The notes under the pieces are model-generated. The model searched no databases. It saw nothing but the letters and a program-made list of their open reading frames with translations, and was not told where the DNA came from. This document shows positions 1-15,368 of a stretch of DNA of 64,000 bases, one piece after another (within the stretch, counting starts at the first letter, position 1; every line of letters begins with the position of its first letter). Source of the DNA: the human T2T-CHM13v2.0 reference genome, Homo sapiens. Location: contig CP068257.2 in the NCBI GenBank assembly GCA_009914755.4, positions 24,480,001 through 24,544,000 on the forward strand, given 5' to 3'. A program made the position numbers and the translations under genes.

Positions 1-812
1 ATGGGCAAAAAAAAGAACCAAGAGACCATTAGAGAAGAGAATAAGTCTTTGAAAAGCTGCAGGTGGGAATATAATGGAAAACAAGATTCCAGAAGAGGTA
101 GTGGGTCTACCATTTAACTAGAACATGCCCAGTAGAGCCATACTGATAAATCTGCATCTTAGAGTTGCTGATATACTTGGACAAGGGGAAAAAGAAGCAT
201 ATTCCTCTATCCTTTGTCAGCCCAGAAATTTATCCCAACCCTATTTTCCTATACAGTTTCTACCAGCTTTCAGGCGTCAGGCCATTGTAAAACCAACATA
301 GGTGGAGAGGGCAATTCAGGCTAGGATGGGGAGAGGTAGTTAGCGGGATTTCCAGTTCTGGGCTATAGTGAGGGAGTCAGTATACACTGCTGAGTCTGGT
401 ACATACATTCCACATTGTCCATACCCTTTAATATCTTTACAATTTCTAATACCAAAGTGGTATGAAAATACTAATGAAGTTAAAGACCCTTACCAAAATG
501 CTAATTTTCCAGGTTAAGTTATCATATTGTCTTCAATGTGCATTAAAATCTCAGAGCAGCTATCGGGGGATAAGGAGAGTGAGTACCCACTAAGCTTGGA
601 GGCCAGCTAAACTCTCTAGAAAGTCATTTCCATCTGACTTCCCACCAGCATGAGGCAGAGCAGTTCAGAGCATTTTTCAAGTGAGTCGGCCTGCCGTTAC
701 CAATGCCAAATTTAAAGCACTTATATGTTTTATCACAAGCCCATGAGCTTGTGATTTCATAAAATGGTACTAACTGGTCCTTGCCATGAGTAAATTCAAG
801 TAACACGTATGA

Positions 813-905
813 AGAAGATTTTAATAAAATTTTTTATTAGAAGATTTTAATAAAATTTTTTTATTAAAAGATTTTAATAAAATTTTTTATTTTATTAAAA
901 GATTT
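813..905. repeat. AT-rich tandem repeat with a ~28-32 bp unit in ~3 copies ((A)AGATTTTAATAAAATTTTTTATTA...).
   Basis: GAAGATTTTAATAAAATTTTTTATTAG / AAGATTTTAATAAAATTTTTTTATTAAA / AGATTTTAATAAAATTTTTTATTTTATTAAAAGATTT. Confidence 0.85.
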
Positions 906-3900
906 CTTAAAGGTCATTAACGCAAGTCATATTAGAAGAGATCACAGGCAAGTAGACAAAAAGAATTTACTCCGTGAAAGCTCACTGAAACAGGAATTCG
1001 GATATTTGACATTTACTTTTGTTCTTGTCTCTCATATGTACACATCAAAGCACACACATTCACATGGATGTAAAGATAGTAAGAGGCCACCTGCAATCAG
1101 AACAAGTGAGATTATAAATAAGTATATTATATAAGAATCCAAGACAAGAATTCCTTACTTTTAAGGAAAGGGCATCAGAGATTTATGATCTTAGACCTTT
1201 ACCTTTCTATTTTTAGCAGATTTACAGAAATATTGCAGGAACAGAACATGAAGTCACTTATTTTTGATAAGCACAAAGGATATTTACATTATATCGTCTG
1301 GTTTATTTCCTTTCAAAGTGTCATAACATTTACTCATCAGCCTTTACTGTGTGCTTATAACTCTCATACTGTTGTGGTTTTATTACTAGGATTTTTGGTC
1401 TAGGAGAAAGCTGCTTTACAAACATAATAGAAATTCAGTGAGAATATTAACTTGACATAAAAACCCAAGATAATTTTCAAACAGCATTCTTGTTCATTGT
1501 TCAAATTGTATTCTGTTAACTTATTTAGTTTAAGCCAAGATTACTTCTTTTCCTGCAGACTTGGAACACTAAAGAATACTCCAGGTTTAAATTCCAGGTT
1601 ATTTGCTTGATAAGCCTGGGTAGATTGTCCTTCTTAAATAACTTACACCAAAGCACTATCAAAGAAGCTCTCCCTTTGTAGAGCCCTCAGATTCACAGAA
1701 GGAATTTTTCGAATTGCCATTTCTATAGGAATAAAGGCTATCAGGAACCACAATACTAGGAGAAAATAATTCTGAAGGGGAGGTAGCAGTGAAGACTCTT
1801 ATTTCTATTTTCTTGACTATATTTATAAAAAATTGTTGCCGAAAGAACAGAAGACCAAGAGCCAAAAATCACACTGCAGTCTTACTCTTGGATGTAATGT
1901 TACTATCAGTTTCAGTGACACAACATCAGAGGCAATCTGATATTGACAATGGTAAAAATATGCAGACGCCAATATTAGGAGGGTGCAGTTAGTTGACAGT
2001 AGAGCCTATAAGTATTCATCTAAGTTTTCTCTGTTTGAAGAGAAGAAAAGAGAACATCAAACATTTCTAGTATATAGAGCAAGGATTCCTAATCTTTTTT
2101 TTTTTTTAATGTGCAAACAAGACAAAAGTTACTTCACTGTCTAGGGGTTATTCCCTACTCTTTAGCACTGGCCTGACTCTCTCACTCCCACATATAAGCA
2201 TTCAATAAATACTTATGCCAACAATTAAGAAACACCTGGCATGAAAAATAATAACAGTAATAAACTAGAAGGTAGAAAATGTAATTATTGACAAAGGTGT
2301 GGAACAATACAAAATAAATTCCACTTTAGATACCTGTGAAATTTTTTATTGTGGCACCAGGAGAGTAATTTCCTAACAGAGAAAAGAAAACATAGCATCC
2401 ACACCTCTGTCTTTACCAATTCCTAAATACCAGCTACAGTTCAACTTGTCCACGGACTTCAGGCTCCTCCTAGAAAACAAGAAGGCTTAAAAAGCAAGAC
2501 AACCTATTAGCTATGTTGCTCAATAAATTTCAATGTTAATTTCCTAATTCTTTGATAACACATTCCTGAACTCCTTTGTAATTCAGGCAACATTTTAAAA
2601 ATCAGATGATCTAACTGGACTCCAAGAATTACATAAACAGTGTGAGCAGTGAGACTTCGAATGTGCAATCAACTATTTTTTTAATCCTGCTGCTAAAAGC
2701 CTTCAGTAGCACAGAACTGGTTGTCAGAGATTTCAGTGTAACCTAACACCTAACGTGAATGACTGCTGTACAAAAATACAGCTGAAAATACTATGAGGAA
2801 GAGATAGAAACGGATTGTTGATGGCTAAGCAAAACAGCAAATGCTGATGGTTATCAAACACATGCCGTTCCCACTCTACACAGATAAGATTTCAAAGCTG
2901 TTTGAGTCCTAGGTTAAGTTTTGGGCAAGTTCTGGCTTGATGCCTTATATTCAGATAAACATTTTCCAGGCAGTGAACATATTCAAAGTTGGGGACAGTG
3001 GGGTAACCCGAAAACATTCCTGACCTTGATGGACAGATAATCCAATGGTGGAGACACAAATAAGGCCAAATTGGCTAACCAAAGGTGCTGGAGTGTTAAT
3101 GCAGAGGTCTGGCAAGGGTACACCGAAGAGCTCTCAGGAAAGAGTGACTGGTTTGACTTGGAGAAGGAGAAGGAAGGCAGACCAAAGATCAGAGCAGAAA
3201 ACATGCCCAGGCTGAGTATGGGTCGGACAGGAAGCATGAAAGGTAGCACAAGGCTAGCGTCCAAATGACCTTGAATTTGTAATAAACGTGTGAAGTCACT
3301 GGGAGCTGCTGCCACATTCCAAAGCAAGCAAGAGCAGCATCCCACCAGTGTATGAGGAGGATGCGGGGGCCCCAGGACAACTTTCGTGGGCCTCTTTCTC
3401 TCTTAAAAAAACATTAAAAGCTATATTTTAGGGCTCTGTTGATTGGTATAAAGACAACTCTAAGTCAGGCTGGATTCATTATTGTATATTCATGATTATT
3501 ATCTTGTTCTTTATTTTTCCTTCTGATTTTAAAAGAAATTAAACATTTTTGAGGGCTCCTAAAGGTACTGCACAGCCAAGACTACGGTCTGACTGGAAGC
3601 ACCAGGAGTAACAGGAGGCAGTAAACAGGAGTGGAGGTAGGGAAGATTCTAAGGCTTGTAAATTTCAAGGATGAGCACATTCGGTGCGGTGTTTAGGGGG
3701 TGAGTCTAGAGTGCTTTCATGGCCAAGGTCAACAGGCATTATTAGAGTGCACCAGGCTACAGAATGTGAGTTTGTCCTGACGGGGGTGGGGGAGAAAAAG
3801 AAGGAAAACAATCACTACCTCCCTGATTTATTAGCAAACATCCCATTCTGTCTAGCCCCACATCACATCAGGAGTTCTAAGAGTCAATCTGGCAGAGCAA

Positions 3901-6900
3901 TTCATCTACGTTTCATTGCCTTGAGTGATGGGAACTTATTTTAATTTTCAAAACTAGCATATGTTTAACAGACTTGTGCAGAGCTGCCTATGTGACCTGG
4001 GGAAAAAATTATCTGGACTCTCACCATGCAGATTATCAGCTTGAATTGCTAATGCATTCCTTACCCCCGACGGATGTCTTTTTGACATGTCTACAGAGGA
4101 ATAAGCCCTAAAACACAGAAATAACAAACTGTACAATCTATATCTCGCCCTTGGGCAGGAGGGGTATTGCACTGTGTGGGAAAGATTTACATTCTACCAA
4201 AAAATCTAAGCAAAGAGTATTTACATAAGCACAAAAATTTTTTCACAAACTTGTTCAAATAAACTAAGAGAAGAACACAACTGTGATCGCAAAACAGATA
4301 ACATCACATAGATTCTGGCTTCTGACTTTACTGCTGTTGTTCATAGCATGTAATTCTAGATAATAAGAATTTTAGGTAATTAGAATAGAAGTGCCTCTTC
4401 AGATGTGCTAAAATGTTACGTGCATGGCTGTTTCTAAAGAGGGAATAATGTTGGTGTACACCTAACGCTAACCAACTGTGCCCTAATGAAGGTAAATCCC
4501 CAAATATCCATAACACTCACTTTGTTTTCTGTGTACGGCCAATCTCCAGTCAAGAGCTCCTTTACCCTGACACTAGTCTCACCCATGTTGTTCAGCTATG
4601 CAGTGGTTCTCCAACAGGGTAAGCTTGTTAACTACATGGGTCCTAGGCCACTTTGCTTTTTGAGCCCTATGAACTGTTTCTAGGTAGAGGTTCAAAGTTC
4701 TTGGCAAAGATGATTGTCACGACTTGGGTGGTGCTACTGGCATCTATCTAGTAGGTAGAAGCTAGGGATGTTACTAAACATCCTACAATGTACAGGCAGC
4801 CTCCGCTGTAGGCCCTCCCCCACCCAACATAAACAATTATTTGGCTCAAAATGTCAGTAATTCCCAGGTTGAAAACTCCAACCTAAGCCTTTACTTAGGG
4901 GGAAAGAGTCATGTCTTACTGTTCTCTGTATTTCTATTTGTTCACAGAACAAAATTAGCATTCAAATATTGGTTGAACCAAACAGAGTTTCCACTCAAAA
5001 CATAATTAATCCAACTGACATCATATAAAACAATAACTATGTAAACTGTAAATCCTACAAAATACAGCCTCCCTTCCACAGAAGCAAAAAAAAAAAAACG
5101 TTAATTTTTAAAAGGTAGTTGGTGTATCAAAAGTTATTAACATTAAGCAAGATAACCCCTTCAACTCAAGATTACAGAAGATTGCCCCATAATTATTTCA
5201 TATAAAATGATCAAAAATAATTTTATTGTATTAACTCCCTGTGGGTCAATTTATAATAGTAATCTTTTAATTAAGAAATCTTGAGGGTTAATTATCCAGC
5301 TTTCATTTAAAAAAAAAAATGAGGTGGTAACTATTTCTGGGCAAAGTTCACCAGGAAGCAAGACAATGCACTCATAACTAGGGTTCCAAGACCAAGCAAG
5401 CCAGTCAGAATCTCTCTGTAGGTAAAGACTTTCAAATTCTAGCCAATCATTTCATAATGAACAACTTAGACAAACGGAGAAAAGGCTTAAAAACTGGAAT
5501 CTCTTTGAATAATGTATTAACTCTACTGGAATAACAAATATATACTAATAGGTTACATAAATCAAAAGCCCTATGAAAATATATAACTAAAAAAATTATT
5601 GCTAGAAACCTCTCTATGTCTTGTATCTGCAACTATGAACAGGGTCTAATCCATCACTGTCTATATCTCTAGAGACCTCAGGGGACTTACAGCTGGGTCA
5701 GGGTCACTGTAGGAACTGGCTGAAGGGACCCACACATGAAAGTACCAATATGATCTTTGGAATCAAAAGGCAAAAGTCAATTCTGTATTTAGTAATTACC
5801 AGCTGTTTGGAGAAAGCCAGTTAACTTTACCTCTTGATTTCCTTTATCTCTCAAATGGACATAGTAACATCCCACCTCACAGGATATTATGAGGATTAAA
5901 ATGCAGTAATATACATAAAATGGAGAGTAAGCACTTTAAGAGCTAATCATATTGTCTCAACTTGTATCTAGCAGGAAGAGGGAAAAGAAAAGAAAACTAA
6001 AATGAGCACGTTCGTAAGACATCTGGGGAGCCTGAACTGATGAATACACAGCATTTGAAATCTCCTGCGAGCTATCCCTACAAAGATACCTGCTATTTAT
6101 TCAGGAACCCTGAGAGAGGATTTCCTGCACTAAAGAAAATGCTGACTATATAACCACATATGACACACTGGTTTAAAGAATGTCTTATGCCATTTAAAAT
6201 AGACAATCTTTCCTTGTTTATCTGCAAGACGTCTGCCTGCCAAGTTGTCTCTAAAAGAGACAAACTGGTAACGACACTGCAACACGTGTGTCGTCAACCC
6301 CAGCTACACGCTCAGTGTGGCAGATCTGACTCACCAAGTCTACATAGTATTTTTAAACTATCTAAGATATTTTAACTCATGCAGTTTAATGGCAATTTTA
6401 GCTCTTTTCAGAATGTCTGATATAAGGTTCATGAAGTCCACTCTGACAATTTACTATCCGTGAATCACAATGATTCTAAACAGAGCTAAGAAGCAAATTT
6501 CAAGATATTAAATTTTTTTGGTTCATTTCTTTAGCCACAGTATTAAATTTGTTTCTACACAGAACTTCTCTTGTGTAAGAAATTTGTTATTGCATGCTTA
6601 TACCACTAAGTTATTAAATATATCACTAGTAATGTATACTCAAAATGGCCCAGTGAGGTTTAAGACATTCGTTTCGAAGTATGAATAAATGCCTCATTTC
6701 ATATCTAATTCAGTGTTCTCAAAAACAGTTTTCAGAAAATGTCAACAGTTATTACCTGGGAGTGGGGAGAATTCTGTCATAAAACACATATGGGAAATGG
6801 ATCATTCAAGATGGATACTGGAGGCTTTTGAAAAAAAAAACCGTAATAATGAAGTCAGTTTAACTTTTTTAAAACCAAGGTTTCCCAAAATGTATTTGAC

Positions 6901-7299
6901 CGTGGGACACTTCCATTGTGACACATTTAACATGCTTGGAACTGAATTTGAAAAATGTACTAAGAGATTTGAAATGGATGATCAAGCAAAACTTAACCAG
7001 ATCATTCTGAGTGAAACAAAATAAACAAAACCAAAAGAAGCCTTAAAGGGAACAAAAGCAGGAGTGTTACCAAGCTCCTGCAGAAATGATGATTATAATA
7101 ACACATCAGATTTGGCTCTAGGCAAAATAATTACATGACATGAAGAATTGAGAGCAAGAAAAGAGAGGATTAGAATGAAGGAGTGTTTCCAAAGGCCTAA
7201 AATATTTCAGAAGCAAATCATGAGCATTCAGAAAATGCCAAAAGGGTACAAGTCAAGAATTTTATAAGGTCCCAATGCAGTGTAAAATTCCAGGTCTTG

Positions 7300-7591
7300 G
7301 ACAGGCACCATGGCTCACACCTGTAATCCCAGCACTTTGGGAAGCCGAGGCAGGTGGATCATGAGGTTAGGAGTTCAAGACCAGCCTGGCCAAGATGGTG
7401 AAACCCCGTCTCTACTAAAAATACAAAAATTAGCCATGCGTGGTGGCAGCTGCCTGTAATCCCAGCTACTCAGGAGGCTGAAGCAGAGAATTGCTTGAAC
7501 CCGGGAGGCAGAGGTTGCAGTGAGCTGAGATCACACCATGTATTCCAGCCTGGGTGACAGAGTGAGACTCCGTTTCAAAAAAAAAAAAAAA
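7300..7591 (+). mobile_element. Alu (full length, AluS-like) with poly-A tail.
   Basis: GGCTCACACCTGTAATCCCAGCACTTTGGGA...GAGACTCCGTTTC(A)n. Confidence 0.9.
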
Positions 7592-9056
7592 TTTCAGGTC
7601 TTAGGTCTTTTAAACTATACAGGTGAACTAAATCATGGTGGTTTGTTCCAAACTAAGTTAAATTTTCACTTAGCGATATAAACGTGAGATGGCTAATGAC
7701 AAGCAGATGCACAAATTTTATCACATCCCTGGATTCCTAAATTGCATTTGTGAAATTCAATAAAGTGACACGAAGTATAGACAATAAGTGAATAAGAACT
7801 AAGAACAGAAAAAGTAGAAGACATGGATATCTGCAGCAAAGCCCACACCCGAGGGGAGAAAAACATTAGTGCTGTTGTTTCCATGATACGAGCACAGGTT
7901 CCTACACTGATTTCACAATAAAAAATACAAATTACTTCTAATTTTCCCATTTTCACACAAGTGAAAGAGAGTTCAGCCCAATTTCTGAATTAAATTTTCC
8001 TTCCTATAGAGGGAAGGTCTTTAGAAAATCTTTACAAAATAGTACTACACATGCCTTGTGATATTAGGGTGATACGGTGATAAATTAAAAGCAACAGGTA
8101 ATTAATATGATTAATGTAATACCCAGAGAACTTCACTATTTCTTAAATGTTTTCCTGAGATGTTATATTGAAACGTTGTGCTAAATGTCATTACATAAAA
8201 TGTTGAGCATCACACAACAGCTGACAAACTAATCTTCCAAAAAGAAAGGAATAGATGGTCATTCACACGAAGGTTACATTTTACAAACAAAACTGGACAC
8301 ACAATACCATTCTGTGATGTTTAAGATACAACAAAACATGTACTGCTTTTTTAAAAATTGCTGTAATGAGGCTCTCACAGTTATTCACGTTTTATTTAGC
8401 TACAAGTTTTAAGATATCTGTGAAAGAAAACTTCTTTGTTTTAAGTTCTTGTTTGAAGATCACCAAGCTTCTATAGTGTCTCTCTGAAGTGGTGACACGC
8501 TGACTTCCAGGCACAAGCCAGGCACAAGAGAAGCTCTGCAGGAAACAGCAAGGCCACTCTCCATAAGGAGACAGGCTTGGCCATGACAACTGTGGCTTAG
8601 AGCTGAGGAGCACAGCAACTCACAACTAATGTCTTTGAATTTTAGGTACCAGCACTGAGAATCAAGTTCCTTTCCATGTTTTAAGAAACTAATAAAATCC
8701 TCAAGAAGACCTGTTTTAGATATTCATGACATTTCCTAAGGCATTCTATAATGTTAAAATACTTAGAAATGACTCAACCATTTGGCTAAGCTTACGCTAA
8801 GGGCAAATTCCTGTTTCTAGATGCGTCAGGTCTGGACAGCACCAATATGTGAGCTTCAACACCCAGAGACTTGACTTCTATTTAGCAATTTATATTTTTA
8901 GTAGTAGCCTTCCCTTCCTTCCTTCCTTACTATCACAGAAAAGAACAAAGAAAAAAAAATTCTGCTTCAAAAGCCAAAGAGTTCACTACTAAGAATAAAT
9001 TCTATTATCTTCCTTAGACTATGCCTATTACTGGGTAATATAAATATATGTTGTTG

Positions 9057-9388
<332 letters not shown>

Positions 9389-10225
9389 GTCTGTTGTCAA
9401 TGAAGTAGTGAAAAGGCCCGTAAAACAAAACACTTCATTATTTACCAAAGGAGCACCGAGGTTTTCCAGCGAAATGCAACCATTTTATTGTTCACAGTGA
9501 TTCTATAAACGTTTTTCCTTTAAGACAATTGCGCATAGAGCAATACACTCAGTCAGTCACTCATATATTTGTTGGCTCTTTTTACTAAGCCAAAACAAAG
9601 ATTATTAAACTCTTATTAGAGACAACAACAGTGTAATGGAGGCATGCTTAAATAAGGGAAATAAGAAAATTTATACTATACTAAGTATAATTTAAGCATT
9701 GATAGCCAAATGACCAATACGGCAATACTTGAGAAATGTCCAGTCATAAGAAGCTCCTCTGAACGATAAAGCCAAACTTACTGACAACTGACTTGAACTA
9801 ATACCTAATTCAAGTCATCTGAGAGATCTAACCAACTGTTCTCATCAGTGAGAAACATTATATGTTATCTATTGCACAATATGACTGAAAGATAGTCATG
9901 TCTTGAATCTCAAATCTTCAGAATGATAAACCACAAAACTCTACTTTGACACCTAATGTATACAGATGAATGTCTGTCTACTTCCTACTGGAATCGTGAT
10001 AGTTGAATTAAGATTTTTTTTTTTTTCACTCAGATCCTGTTTTCTTAAATAAGGAAAAACAATAATAAACTTACCATATTAAACAACTAAAAATCAGTTG
10101 TCCATAGATGACAAATGTGATACAATCTAGCTGTCACTAGATAAAAGGTTAATTTTGTAAACAGAGTCAGTTAAAAAAATAAACAAAAAAATAAGCAATT
10201 TAAGATAAAAGTACTTTGGCATGGT

Positions 10226-10345
10226 GAGACATTACACTCACTGGGGCCAGGAGTTCAAGGCTGTAGTTTGCTATGATCGAGCCTGTGAATAGCTACTGCA
10301 CTCCAGCCTCACATAGGGAGACCCTATCTCTTTAAAAAAGAAAAA
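10226..10345 (+). mobile_element. Partial Alu (3' portion, free-right-monomer-like).
   Basis: GGCCAGGAGTTCAAGGCTGTAG...CTGCACTCCAGCCTC...TCTCTTTAAAAAAG. Confidence 0.6.
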
Positions 10346-11060
10346 AGTGATGTCTCAAATATGGTGTTTGGGACTCACTAAAAATAACTAAATTTAAGGG
10401 GGAAAGATTAAATTGGTATTATATATGCCATATGCTTAAATTCTGATTTTAGCTCAACCTTATAATTAAATCTGTACTTTGCACCCATTAGACATTTCAG
10501 CAAACTGAAGTTCATTCAAATCAAAATCTACAAAAAGAACAAGATCCCAAGGCACTGAATTAGACTTTTAATATTCAAGATGTAAAATAGGCACTCTTTT
10601 AAGAAATTACTTTTAGTTCTCCTCTACCTTTAAAAAAAGTTTCTCTCCTACTCGTGAACTAATTCAGAACTTTACATTTCTGTTACACAGCATATGATTT
10701 CTGCTTTATTACTTGGATATCTGTTTAGTATTCACAACATATATGTATCTCCATTAAGCCCAGAATTCTTTGACAGATGGTCTCACCCAAAGAACTCATA
10801 AATACTTGATTACTTCAACTTAGTTTGCAAAAATTAAAAAATCAGTAAATTATGTTACAGACTATAGTATTTTGAGTGTTAAAATCACTTCTAAAGAACA
10901 CCATCACAACAGAACCCTAAATTCAGAATCGGGTTGACATGGTCTAAGAAAGTGAATAAACGGGTAAGTGATCTTCCTAGTGCATCATATTCTACACTAA
11001 AAATTCACCATTTATACTTCATTTCTGAAACTCAATGTCAAAGAGAAGATTAAAAATCTG

Positions 11061-11372
11061 GGGGCTGGGCACAGTGGCTCATGCCTGTAATCACAGCACT
11101 TAGGGAGGCATGGGTGGGTAGATCCCTGAGCTCAGGAGTTGGAGACCAGCCTGGGCAACATGGCAAAACCCCGTCTCTAAAAAAAGATACAAAAATTAGC
11201 TGGGCATGGTGGTGCATGCCTGTAGTCCCAGCTACTTAGGAGGCTGTGGAGGGAGGATCGCTTGAGCCCAGCAGGTCAAGGCTGCAGTCAGCCAAGATTG
11301 TGCCACTGCACTCCAGCAGAGTAAAACCCTGCCCCATCTCTCAAAGACAAAACAAAACAAAACATCTGACAG
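11061..11372 (+). mobile_element. Alu (full length, older AluJ/S-like) with a (CAAAA)n-like tail.
   Basis: GGGCACAGTGGCTCATGCCTGTAATCACAGCACTTAGGGAGGC... Confidence 0.9.
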
Positions 11373-11610
11373 TTCCTGAGTAATCGGCAGCCTACGTAAG
11401 GAACCTATTAATACTGCATATGCAATTTTTATTAACACACTTGCCAATATCCTCATTTTAGGACTAGTCTAATGTTTGTATGATGCCAGACTAATTTTGA
11501 ATGTCTGAATTATTCACAATTACTAGGAAGACAAATCATTAGACTATGGATTCAGTCTACAATCTTATTCTATATCTTTTGGCTATGTTAACTGATTAAC
11601 AACTAGAATA

Positions 11611-12028
<418 letters not shown>

Positions 12029-12177
12029 CTAGAACTTAACTTGGTTGTGACTTTGATTTCTGACATTTACAAAATGGCATTCAGTCCTTTATAACCCATT
12101 GACTTCTCTTATGTTGAAATTCCTTTGCAGGAGTTTCCAAACATGTTAAAGTACAGCATTTGGAGGAGAAGCAATGT

Positions 12178-12302
12178 TTGCCTCCTGGACTCAAGCGATC
12201 TTCCCACTCAGCCTCCTGAGTAGCTGGAACCACAGGTGCACACCACCACTCCCAGCTATATTTGTAGAGATGAGGTCTCCCTATGTTGCCCAGGCTCATG
12301 AC
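12178..12302 (-). mobile_element. Partial Alu in antisense orientation.
   Basis: CTCAAGCGATCTTCCCACTCAGCCTCCTGAGTAGCTGG...TTGTAGAGATGAGGTCTCCCTATGTTGCCCAGGCT. Confidence 0.7.
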
Positions 12303-13958
12303 AAGGAATACTGCATGCCAATAATGGATGCCAGCTGAGTGTCCTCTAATTCAACTGGATTCTGACACTGTACTTGGAGATTACACATCCCACAGGCTGA
12401 GGGCTCAGTACCACAAAACTCCCCCAACTTCAGATGTCAATCACAAGCCCCAGGTTGTAGCCTGTGCTTCTGACCAACTGGCTACCATTCCCCAGACCCC
12501 TTACTTCGTTTTGATTCATTGCTGGAGCACCTTCAGAGAACTAAGAGAAATACTTGCTTACATTCACCCATTTATTTTAAAGGATATTACAAAGGACACA
12601 CAGATGAACAGCCAGATGGAAGAGATGCACGGGGTGAGGTGCGGCTGAAGAGAAAACGAGATTCCATGCCCTTTCCTGACATCCAACCCTCCAGGAACCT
12701 CCATGTGTTCAGCTATCTGGAAGTTCCCAGAACGCGGTCCTTCAGGGTTGTTAAGAAACCTTCATTATGTAGGTATCATTGATCATTAGTTTATCAACTC
12801 AAACTTCAGCTCCTGGAGGTTGGGGAGGGTGACTGAAAGTCCTAACCCTCTAATCACATGGTAGGTTACCCAGCCACCAGTCATCTCATTAGCATATAAG
12901 ACCTTCTTAGCACTGGAGATTCCAAGGATTTTAGGAGCTAAATGTCAGGAAACATATACATCAGGAAGACCAAATAGATGCCACAGTATCACATGACCAT
13001 TTTCTTGGAGTCAAGATATTTGTTCTTCCTTAAAACTTCGATGTTTCTAAATATCCAAGGTATCCACATAAGGTTAAAAATAAACTTCTCACCACTCCAC
13101 TTGTCATTTAAAATCATCCAACATTTTAACATTTCATCAAATCTCTATATCTATACAATAGTGCCCATCTCTTCATGTTTTTAAGAGCCCTGTCCTCACA
13201 CTATTCTTAGTGAATAGACAGCAAGAGATATTATTCCCTTCTTACAATTATGCTCTGTGCATAATAAGATAGCAAGCCAAAGATAAAGCCAGGATTAGAA
13301 GTACTTTCTTAAATTGAGAGCTTATCAGAAGGTAAAGCTGGCTAACATGATTATCTATGTAACAGCACCAGACCTTCTCACTTCGAAATTCAAGACATCT
13401 CCAACCACTCAGAAAGGGTATGGGGGTTGAAAACAGCCCCATTATATGCACGACTTCTATAACTTAAAGATAGCCAAGTTCATATCAAACTAAGTTATTG
13501 AATTTTATATCACTTTCTAACAAGTAATCATAGAACCATGACAAAACATACAAAATACAGAAGTTTTCTCCTTGACTTGGTGCAAATTCAATCCAATTAC
13601 TCCACAGACCTCTTTTATTTTAGTCACTCAAACTTTGATTTTTCATTTCCTTAGTCGTACATTAGGACAAATGCAAATTATATACAGAAGGCAGCACATT
13701 TAGCCTTATTATCTCAAACTCATTCCTAAGCAAGTACATCTGCCTGGATGGTGAGGCCTCCATCAGAGGTTAAATGCAAGCCCTAGCTGGAAAGTTACTG
13801 GAAGGGCATGTGTCCTACCTGCCTTTCTCTCTCATCATCCCAGATCTTCATCTCCCCAATGTCACCACATTAGGAGTGTTTTGCATATAAATCAAAACGA
13901 AGCCCCAGAGAGCCCTTGGTAGGAATATCTGGACTTGTGTTTTAGAAATAGTTTTGTC

Positions 13959-14389
<431 letters not shown>

Positions 14390-15042
14390 TCACTCTGCAC
14401 GCCACTGCCTCTCTGAAAGAACCAACATACCACACAGGCACGCACACGATGGACAATATACAGCCACCGAGCAATCATATACATCTTTTAAAAAGAAACA
14501 GGCAATTTCATGATTCTACTGTACCCTGGATCCATCAGGCTTTATCTAGGGAGTGCTATTTTTAAAATATGTACAGGCTTTTTTAGGTCCTCAGTAAGAT
14601 CATGGAAGTGTTTTGCTCCCTAAGGAAAACTGAAATTTGAGGTATAAGACTGGAGTTTTACACCTCTAGAATTCATCTTTGGTAACCATGCCCATTTGAT
14701 TTATAAATAATCTAAAAATATGGATTTTTAAGGAGCAGTGTATTTACCTTAGTCCACCTCATCTTTTTCTTTTCAGGAATGTTATCACAAAAATGTGTGC
14801 TGATTACTTCCTTGTATCTGAGCTTTGAGCAACTTACAAGGCAGACACTGGACCTAAAACACAGGTTGGTTGTTTTAGAAGAAGAAAAAAAAAAAGCTGG
14901 TTTTAAATCTGGATTTAAGTCTTGGCCCTGACTCCAAAGCAGGCCAGTTTATGTGCCTGTCTTCTGTTGCCAGATCTGTAGAAACTAGAATGTCATTCTC
15001 CGCTGAGAAACCACAAACTAGTTTCCTTAGACCATTCGTCTT

Positions 15043-15368
15043 CCTTTTTGAGACAGTCTCAATGTCACCCAGGCTGGAGTGCAGTGGCGCGATCTCTGCT
15101 CACTGCACCTATGCCTCCTGGGTTCAAGAGATCCATCTCTGCTCACTGCACCTATGCCTCCTGGGTTCAAGAGATCCTCCCGCCTCCACCTCCACCTCCG
15201 CCTCCTGAGTAGCTGGGACTACAGGCATGCGCCACCACACCCAGCTAATTTTTCCTATTTTCAGTAGAGACAGCATTTGGCCATGTTGCCCAGGCTAACA
15301 TCAAGTGATCCGCCCACCTCGGCCTCCCAAAGTGCTGGGGTTACAGGCATGAGCCACTGCGCCTGGCC
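15043..15368 (-). mobile_element. Alu (antisense) carrying a perfect 43-bp internal tandem duplication.
   Basis: TTTTTGAGACAGTCTCAATGTCACCCAGGCTGGAGTGCAGTGGCGCGATC...GGGTTACAGGCATGAGCCACTGCGCCTGGCC. Confidence 0.9.
15092..15177. repeat. Perfect 43-bp tandem duplication (ATCTCTGCTCACTGCACCTATGCCTCCTGGGTTCAAGAGATCC x2) inside the Alu.
   Basis: Copy 1 is 15092-15134 and copy 2 is 15135-15177. They are identical as read. Confidence 0.85.
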
